In this document: one piece after another, positions 46,928 through 52,778 of the stretch
Layout: each line of letters opens with the position of its first letter
How positions within the stretch are numbered: the stretch's first letter is position 1
Position numbers and translations under genes: made by a program
The notes under the pieces: generated by a model
The model's input: only the letters and a program-made list of their open reading frames with translations
What the model was told of the DNA's origin: nothing
The model's database searches: none
Origin: Clostridia bacterium
GTDB taxonomy: Bacteria > Bacillota > Clostridia > Oscillospirales > CAG-272
Reading direction: 5' to 3'
NCBI GenBank assembly: GCA_017646745.1
Contig: JAGCLY010000080.1
Location: forward strand, 1-52,778
Length of the DNA: 52,778 bases

Positions 46928-47663
46928 GCTTAAATCAATCCTTATTAAAGTAATTTTCCCGCTGATCTTTTGGCTATCCGTCTGGCAGATACTTGCGGAG
47001 CTGATTAATCACAAATTCCTTTTACCCGGCATTCCGGATACCCTGTCAGCTCTCGGTGCTCTGCTTGGCAAGGAAAGCTTCTACGTTGCCATTTTCTTAA
47101 GTCTGCTAAGAGTAATTGCCGGTCTTATAATCGGTATTGCTCTCGGATCTGGCATTGCTTTTCTCTGCAACTATTCGTCGGTAGCTTCGGCTCTTATTTT
47201 ACCTATCATAAGTGTGATCAAATCAACTCCCGTCGCCTCTTTTATCGTGGTTCTGTGGGTTATGATGAGCGGAGATGCGCTTTCCATCGTCATTGGCGTT
47301 CTTATGGTAATGCCTATTATTACGCAAAACCTTTTAGATGGCTTCGGTGCAATCGACCCCAGGCTGGCCGAGGTTGCAGATATCTTTGAAATGAGCAGAT
47401 CACGGCGCTTAAGACTTCTAATATTGCCTAGCTTAAGGAGATATTTCATTCCGGGCGTAATCACCTCTGTTGGACTTGCCTGGAAGGCAGAAATTGCCGC
47501 CGAAATCATTGCATATACAAAAAGATCTATCGGCCAGGGAATAAATGATGCAAAATACAGCCTGGACACCCCTACGGTATTTGCATGGACGATGATAATA
47601 ATCACCTTCAGCATTATTCTTGAAAAATGCACCAAAAATCTTCTTGGGAGGTGGTCAAAATAA
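46917..47663 (+). CDS. ABC transporter permease (SsuC/TauC-like)
   Basis: Six TM segments and an EAA-like loop (DIFEMSRSRRLRLLILPSLRRYFIPG). The start is 46905 or 46917; 46917 has better RBS spacing. Confidence 0.8.
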   Translation: MKDKLKSILIKVIFPLIFWLSVWQILAELINHKFLLPGIPDTLSALGALLGKESFYVAIFLSLLRVIAGLIIGIALGSGIAFLCNYSSVASALILPIISVIKSTPVASFIVVLWVMMSGDALSIVIGVLMVMPIITQNLLDGFGAIDPRLAEVADIFEMSRSRRLRLLILPSLRRYFIPGVITSVGLAWKAEIAAEIIAYTKRSIGQGINDAKYSLDTPTVFAWTMIIITFSIILEKCTKNLLGRWSK

Positions 47664-48253
47664 GCTTATCAATAAAAAACCTTACAAAGCGCTTTGACGA
47701 AAAAACGGTCATTACAGGTCTATCGTACGACTTCCCTGATAAGGGTCTGTATGCTATAGTCGGTGAGAGCGGAATCGGCAAGACAACCCTCTTGCGCATA
47801 ATCGCAGGGCTCGATGCCGACCATGAGGGCGAGGTTGTAGGCGGAGGCATCGGACAGGTTTCATTTGCCTTCCAGGAGCATAGGCTCTTCCCCACCATTT
47901 CCGCACTTGAAAATGTGATTTTTGCAATTTCCGATAAAAAAACCGAGGCAGTTACAAAAAATGCGATGAGTCTGCTAAGGTCATTAGGTATTGGCAAGGA
48001 TGATTTTTCACTTAAGCCTGATGAGCTTTCTGGTGGCATGAAGCAAAGAGTATCGCTGGCAAGAGCTATCCTCAAGGATGCGCCTATTCTTCTCCTGGAT
48101 GAGCCAACCAAGGAGCTTGATGCCGGTAATTGCGAGGCTGTTTTACGTCTGATCGCTAAAGAGGCCGAGCGCAGGCTTGTAATTATGGTTTCCCATGATT
48201 TAACACAAATAAATTCACTTGGCACAAAAACAATACGCCTTGGAGAAAAATAA
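47627..48253 (+). CDS. ABC transporter ATP-binding protein
   Basis: Walker A GESGIGKT, signature LSGGMKQR, Walker B LLLDEP, H-loop SHD. The start is uncertain (see findings). Confidence 0.85.
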   Translation: MHQKSSWEVVKISLSIKNLTKRFDEKTVITGLSYDFPDKGLYAIVGESGIGKTTLLRIIAGLDADHEGEVVGGGIGQVSFAFQEHRLFPTISALENVIFAISDKKTEAVTKNAMSLLRSLGIGKDDFSLKPDELSGGMKQRVSLARAILKDAPILLLDEPTKELDAGNCEAVLRLIAKEAERRLVIMVSHDLTQINSLGTKTIRLGEK

Positions 48254-48258
48254 AATTC

Positions 48259-48303
48259 AACGCTGTATTTAGCCTTCGGGCTTTGTACGGCGTTTTATTT
48301 TTT
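48259..48303 (+). terminator. Intrinsic terminator after the ABC operon
   Basis: Outer stem AACGCTGTA/TACGGCGTT, inner AGCC-TTCG-GGCT, then TTTTATTTTTT. Confidence 0.8.
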
Positions 48304-48310
48304 AAAATAC

Positions 48311-48339
48311 TTGAAATCCTTTTTTATTTATGTTATAAT
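48311..48339 (+). promoter_or_regulatory. Sigma-A-type promoter for the rpiR-family gene
   Basis: TTGAAA (48311-48316), 17-nt spacer, TATAAT (48334-48339). Confidence 0.65.
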
Positions 48340-48378
48340 GTTATTTGTAAATTTTTGTAGATAGGCGAGGTGCTCATT

Positions 48379-49236
48379 ATGGCAGCTGATATTTCCGAAA
48401 GAATAAAAGCGATATATTCTACTCTTTCCAAGGGTCAGAAGAAAATCGCAAACGCAGTTCTCCAAAACTATGACAAGGTTGCATACCTTACTGCAGCAAA
48501 GCTGGGCGAGCTTGTAGGTGTATCCGAATCTACCGTTGTAAGATTCGCAGATGAGCTTGGATTTGAGGGTTATTCACAGTTCCAGCTAGCCGTACAGGAG
48601 CTGGTTCGTATTAAGCTGACGCCCAATCAGCGTATCGAGATAACCAAGCAGCGCATCGGTCATGCCGATGTTATTGACAAGGCTATGGAGTCAGATATAG
48701 ACAAAATCAAATATACTCTCGAGCACCTTGACAGAGCCGCGTTTTCTAAGGCGGTAGATTACATTCTTAACTCTAAGAATATCTATATAACCGGTGCAAG
48801 AAGCTCAGAGCCCATTGCCAGACTGCTCAGCTACAATCTTTCGCTCATTTTCGACAACGTAAAGCTTGTTGTTCCCACCTCATCCGCAGAGGTATTTGAG
48901 CAGATGTATTCGGTTGGCGAGGAAGATGTGGTTATTGCATTCTCCTTCCCCAGATATTCCTCTAAGATGGTTAACGGTATAAGATTCGCGCGACAGAAAA
49001 ACGCTAAGGTTATCGTATTCACCGACTCCGACGTTTCTCCTATTGCCGAGTTTGCCCACTGTCTGCTTATTGCCCAGTCTGATATGGCATCCTTTATGGA
49101 CTCTCTGGTTGCTCCCCTTAGCATTATAAATGCTATTGTTATTGAGATTACCGCAAGACGTGAGCGTGAGATCACCGAGAGATTTGATGCCCTTGAAAAG
49201 CTTTGGGATGAGTACGAGGTCTATGCTAAACGATAA
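48379..49236 (+). CDS. MurR/RpiR-family transcriptional regulator
   Basis: HTH_6 (LSKGQKKIANAVLQNYDKVAYLTAAKLGELVGVSESTVVRFA) plus a SIS domain (NIYITGARSSEPIA, VVIAFSFPRYS). GAGG lies 8 nt before the ATG at 48379. Confidence 0.85.
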   Translation: MAADISERIKAIYSTLSKGQKKIANAVLQNYDKVAYLTAAKLGELVGVSESTVVRFADELGFEGYSQFQLAVQELVRIKLTPNQRIEITKQRIGHADVIDKAMESDIDKIKYTLEHLDRAAFSKAVDYILNSKNIYITGARSSEPIARLLSYNLSLIFDNVKLVVPTSSAEVFEQMYSVGEEDVVIAFSFPRYSSKMVNGIRFARQKNAKVIVFTDSDVSPIAEFAHCLLIAQSDMASFMDSLVAPLSIINAIVIEITARREREITERFDALEKLWDEYEVYAKR

Positions 49237-50467
49237 TTATTCACCCATCAAAATTGCCGTTATCGGAGGTGGAGCCGCAGGTATGATGGCGGCAGGAACC
49301 GCTGTTATGTACGGCGCAGAGGTCACAATTTTCGAATCAACTGACCGCCTTGGCAAAAAGCTTGCTATTACCGGCAAGGGCAGATGCAATGTGACCAACA
49401 ACTGCACACGAGATGAATTTCTCGAGGCGGTTACCAAAAACCCCAGATTTTTATATGCTGCACTGTCGGCATTTTCCACCGAGGATACCATGACGCTTTT
49501 CGAGTCGCTTGGTGTTCCTCTTAAAACCGAGCGTGGCAGACGTGTTTTCCCCGAAAGTGAGAAGGCTATTGACATAGTTAACGCTCTTCGAAATTATAGC
49601 GCAGGAGCAAGCGTGACGTACAAAAAGGTGTCGCAGATCGAAAAAATTGAGGATAAATTCATTGTCACCGCCCAGAAAAAGCAATATAGCTTCGACAAGG
49701 TTATTATCGCAACAGGCGGTAAGTCCTATCCGCTGACCGGCTCTGACGGATCGGGATATAAGCTTGCCATAAAGCTTGGACATAGCGTTACTGAGCTTAT
49801 CCCCTCACTGATCCCCATTGAAAGCCACTCGCCCCTATGCCGTGATATGCAGGGATTGTCGCTGAAAAATGTCAAAATAAGTATAAAAGATGAGGCAGAG
49901 CGACTTTTGTATACCGATTTTGGTGAAATGATGTTCGCACACTTCGGTGTTACCGGCCCTGTAATTCTCTCGGCCTCAGCCCACATAAGAGACAGGGATA
50001 TTTCCTCGCTTAAACTTAGCATTGACCTAAAGCCTGCACTTGACGACAAGACCTTAGACCAGCGTCTGCTGTCGGATTTCGCAAAGAAAACAAATAAGGA
50101 TCTAATCAATGCCCTGGGCGACCTTCTTCCCTCAAAAATGATTGAGCCCTTTATCGCATATACAGGTGTTGACGGCAGAAAAAAAGTTAATTCTATAACT
50201 AAGGAGGAGCGTAAGACCATTCTTAGCGCCCTTAAGTCCTTTGAAATTCCTCTTGACGGCTTCCGCCCCATTGAGGAGGCCATCGTTACATCCGGTGGCG
50301 TCGACGTTAAGGAGATAACTCCCAAGACTATGGAATCCAAGCTTTGCGAGGGACTTTTCTTTGCCGGCGAGGTTATCGACGTGGATGCTTACACCGGCGG
50401 ATATAATCTGCAGATTGCCTTTTCAACCGGCTATTTGGCAGGAAAATCTGCGGCAGAAGCATATTAA
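49223..50467 (+). CDS. BaiN/YhiN(HI0933)-family flavoprotein
   Basis: IAVIGGGAAGMMAAG dinucleotide motif, ITGKGRCNVTN, and C-terminal GEVIDVDAYTGGYNLQIAFSTG. The 31-codon extension in the track lies inside rpiR and is rejected. Confidence 0.8.
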   Translation: MLNDNYSPIKIAVIGGGAAGMMAAGTAVMYGAEVTIFESTDRLGKKLAITGKGRCNVTNNCTRDEFLEAVTKNPRFLYAALSAFSTEDTMTLFESLGVPLKTERGRRVFPESEKAIDIVNALRNYSAGASVTYKKVSQIEKIEDKFIVTAQKKQYSFDKVIIATGGKSYPLTGSDGSGYKLAIKLGHSVTELIPSLIPIESHSPLCRDMQGLSLKNVKISIKDEAERLLYTDFGEMMFAHFGVTGPVILSASAHIRDRDISSLKLSIDLKPALDDKTLDQRLLSDFAKKTNKDLINALGDLLPSKMIEPFIAYTGVDGRKKVNSITKEERKTILSALKSFEIPLDGFRPIEEAIVTSGGVDVKEITPKTMESKLCEGLFFAGEVIDVDAYTGGYNLQIAFSTGYLAGKSAAEAY

Positions 50468-50504
50468 ATCGAATTTTGTTACAAATCCAACCAGGAGTTT
50501 ATTT

Positions 50505-51830
50505 ATGATAAGAATTGCAATAGACGGTCCCGGCGGCGCAGGTAAATCCAGCGTTGCAAAGGCCGTTTCACGAAAGCTTGGAATAATCTACGTAGATACC
50601 GGTGCGCTTTATCGCAACATCGGACTGTTTATGCTTGATAAAGGTATAGATCCCAAGGATGCGTCCAGGGTTATTCCCGCCCTTGAGGAACTGTCTATAG
50701 AGTTGAAATTTGAAAACGGCAAGCAGGTTATACTTCTGAATGGCCGTGACAGGGGCGATGATATCCGTACTCCCGAGGCGTCTATGGCGGCATCTGCTGT
50801 CAGCGCTATTCCCGAGGTTCGCAATTTCCTGCTCGACGTACAAAGAAATACTGCTAAGAAAAACAGCGTTGTAATGGACGGTCGTGATATCGGTACGGTT
50901 ATTCTGCCGAATGCCGAGGTTAAGATTTTCCTCACTGCATCTGCCCAGACAAGAGCCTATCGCAGATACAAAGAGCTTGTTGCCAGAGGCGAGGACGTTA
51001 CTTTGAAGCAGGTTTATGACGATATGGTAGAGCGTGACAAAAACGACTCAACCAGAAGCGTTGCCCCCTGCGTTCAGGCAGGGGATGCTGTGCTCCTTGA
51101 CAACTCAAAGCTGACCGAGGAGCAGACGGTTGACAGAATTCTTAAGATTGTCAAGAAAAAGACCAAGGACACAACTCCCCTTTATAGCTTTCTCAAGGTA
51201 ATTGTAGCTCCTATTTATCGCCTTCTCTTCAACGTTCACGTCCAAGGCAAGGAGAACATCCCCTCCACCGGAGGCGTGCTGCTATGCCCTAACCATATCG
51301 CCGCTGTTGACGTTATATCCGTGGGCGTTGTATCACCCCGTCAGATCACCTGTATTGCAAAGAAGGAGCTCTTCGCTATTCCCGTTCTTGGCGGCCTGAT
51401 AAAGGCCCTTGGCGCTGTTAAAATTGACCGTGGAGGAGCAGACGTCGGAGCTATTAAGACCGCAATAAAGGCAATAGAGGGCGGCAAGACGGTTGTTATT
51501 TTCCCACAGGGACACAGATGCCCCGGCTTCAACATTGCATCCACTCCTGTAAGGCATGGCGCAGGTCTTATCGCATATCAGGCACATTGCGCAATAATTC
51601 CCGTTTGCATCAATGTCAAGAATGGTAAGTACGGTCTCTTCCGCAGAACCGACGTTATCTTTGGTGAGCCTGTAATGTATAACTTTACCGATGGCGGACG
51701 TGATGAATACGAGGCGGCTACCCGAGAGGTGTTTGATAGAATTGTCGAAATGGGTACTAAATTCAAGTCCCTGCCCGATTATGATCCTGCCCTTGACAAG
51801 AGAATGAACAAGAAGAGGAAGAAAAAGTAA
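50505..51830 (+). CDS. cmk: Fusion protein: cytidylate kinase (N) and 1-acyl-sn-glycerol-3-phosphate acyltransferase (C)
   Basis: AGGAG RBS precedes the ATG at 50505. The Cmk part has IAIDGPGGAGKSSVAK, YVDTGALYR and DGRDIGTV. It continues in the same frame, with no stop, into a PlsC-type part with NHIAAVD (NHxxxxD, 51291-51311) and FPQGHR (FPEGTR-type). Confidence 0.85.
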   Translation: MIRIAIDGPGGAGKSSVAKAVSRKLGIIYVDTGALYRNIGLFMLDKGIDPKDASRVIPALEELSIELKFENGKQVILLNGRDRGDDIRTPEASMAASAVSAIPEVRNFLLDVQRNTAKKNSVVMDGRDIGTVILPNAEVKIFLTASAQTRAYRRYKELVARGEDVTLKQVYDDMVERDKNDSTRSVAPCVQAGDAVLLDNSKLTEEQTVDRILKIVKKKTKDTTPLYSFLKVIVAPIYRLLFNVHVQGKENIPSTGGVLLCPNHIAAVDVISVGVVSPRQITCIAKKELFAIPVLGGLIKALGAVKIDRGGADVGAIKTAIKAIEGGKTVVIFPQGHRCPGFNIASTPVRHGAGLIAYQAHCAIIPVCINVKNGKYGLFRRTDVIFGEPVMYNFTDGGRDEYEAATREVFDRIVEMGTKFKSLPDYDPALDKRMNKKRKKK

Positions 51831-51831
51831 G

Positions 51832-52778
51832 TTGGAAATCATCCTTTCAAAAAGCGCAGGCTTTTGCCCGGGTGTTCGCAGGGCCGATGATGCAGTAAAG
51901 GCTTTGATCAAGGATAGGCCTGACGGCGAGCTTATTTTCACAATCGGACCGCTTATTCACAACGAGGTATATATTGATTCCTTAAAATCGCTCGGAGTAT
52001 TCCCTGTCGAGCTATACGAGGTTGAGAATATTGTTAAGTCTAACCCCGACAAACAGCTTACATTCGTTATCAGAACTCACGGTATTTCCCTGGACGGAGA
52101 GAGGCTGCTAAGACAGATTGAGAGCGAAAATCCAAGAGTAAAAATCATTGATATGACCTGCCCTTCGGTTAAGAGAATACAGCGTATTGCTGCAGAGAAA
52201 ACCGGAGACGACAGTTATTTTTTACTCTTCGGATCGAGGACCCACCCGGAGTCAGTTGCGACCATAAGCTATGCAAAGGGCGACAAATGTATATTTTCTT
52301 CGCTCGAAGAGCTGAAGGATATTGATTTTAAAGGCAAAGTGCCTATTTTATGCGCTCAAACTACCGCGAATTTATTACAATTTATACAAATAAAAAAATT
52401 TTTAAAAAAACTATATACAAATGCGATTTTTTTTGATACAATATGTAGTGTCACTGAAAATCGTCAGTATGAGGCAATTGAGATTGCCAAAGCGTCGGAC
52501 GTTATGATCGTAATTGGCGGTCGGGATAGCTCTAACACGCATAAGCTTTACAGCCTGTGCAAGGAGGTATGTCCCAGAACCCAATGGATCACAACGGCGG
52601 CAGAATTATCAACTGATTTTCCTGACAGCGCACATTGCGCAGGAATAACCGCGGGTGCTTCCACGCCCGACGGTATAATAATGGAGGTTTTTAAAGCAAT
52701 GGAAAACTTTAGTCAAATGTTGGAAGGCTCACTCAAAACTTTACATACAGGAGAAACAGTTACCGGTACCGTATTCAC
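51832..52778 (+). CDS. ispH: 4-hydroxy-3-methylbut-2-enyl diphosphate reductase fused to ribosomal protein S1 (5' part; runs off the right edge)
   Basis: The frame is open from TTG at 51832 to the window end. IspH motifs: SAGFCPGVRRA, RTHGIS, MTCPSVKRIQ, FDTICSVTENRQ, GGRDSSNTHKL and GASTP. It continues in frame into MENFSQMLEGSLKTLHTGETVTGTVF, the start of an S1 domain. Confidence 0.85.
   Translation, partial: MEIILSKSAGFCPGVRRADDAVKALIKDRPDGELIFTIGPLIHNEVYIDSLKSLGVFPVELYEVENIVKSNPDKQLTFVIRTHGISLDGERLLRQIESENPRVKIIDMTCPSVKRIQRIAAEKTGDDSYFLLFGSRTHPESVATISYAKGDKCIFSSLEELKDIDFKGKVPILCAQTTANLLQFIQIKKFLKKLYTNAIFFDTICSVTENRQYEAIEIAKASDVMIVIGGRDSSNTHKLYSLCKEVCPRTQWITTAAELSTDFPDSAHCAGITAGASTPDGIIMEVFKAMENFSQMLEGSLKTLHTGETVTGTVF

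Noticed and set aside
1-52778. A search for CRISPR arrays, IS elements or transposases, integrases, prophage genes, toxin-antitoxin pairs, restriction-modification or other defence islands, and rRNA genes.
   Set aside because: No direct-repeat/spacer arrays, no terminal inverted repeats flanking ORFs, and no proteins with transposase, integrase, nuclease-helicase or methyltransferase defence signatures were seen. Apart from the unassigned ORFs already flagged (the SleC-flanking proteins, the P-loop protein and the Cys-rich protein), every sizeable ORF is accounted for by a housekeeping or sporulation function.

Overview
The window is core chromosome from a spore-forming Clostridia-type Firmicute. 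This call rests on spoIIID, yabP/yabQ, a SleC-like cortex lytic enzyme, PdaA-like and DacB/F-like enzymes, GlnRS, and an IspH-S1 fusion. Coding density is high, with about 50 genes. From left to right: clpC (partial); a SleC-like cortex-lytic trio; prs, an Rrf2 regulator, lgt and folD; rpsU; a PdaA-like deacetylase and a D-Ala-D-Ala carboxypeptidase; pgi; a small P-loop protein and a 19-Cys protein; a TrmH-family methyltransferase; and spoIIID. Next come a 591-bp AT-rich ORF-free spacer, aspartate kinase, tRNA-Ser(GGA), a stand-alone (p)ppGpp-hydrolase-type HD protein, and MBL-glnS-comFC. A DUF3343/cysteine-desulfurase pair follows. Then comes a long minus-strand glycogen cluster, glgB-glgC-glgD-glgA-glgP-GH13-aroK, in which glgA carries an in-frame TAG. 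The remainder is a SpoVB/MurJ-like flippase gene then hup-yabO-yabP-yabQ in transcription order (found at descending coordinates as yabQ, yabP, yabO, hup, flippase); recJ-relA-dtd-hemZ; cdaA with a 44-codon membrane ORF and a COG2509 flavoprotein; a Crp/Fnr regulator with an ABC importer; rpiR and a BaiN-like flavoprotein; a Cmk-PlsC fusion; and the start of an IspH-S1 fusion. I found no CRISPR array, transposase, integrase, phage genes or recognisable defence island, and no convincing novel multi-gene system. The observations most worth a second look are:
- the amber-interrupted glgA;
- the palindrome-rich AT spacer ending in a hairpin with a plus-strand U-tract;
- the Cmk-PlsC fusion;
- the cdaA operon that lacks cdaR;
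- the P-loop and Cys-rich gene pair with a sigma-K-like promoter;
- a perfect 16-bp operator at the crp-family promoter;
- a heptamer repeat upstream of recJ.
All homology calls come from reading motifs by eye. No database search was run.
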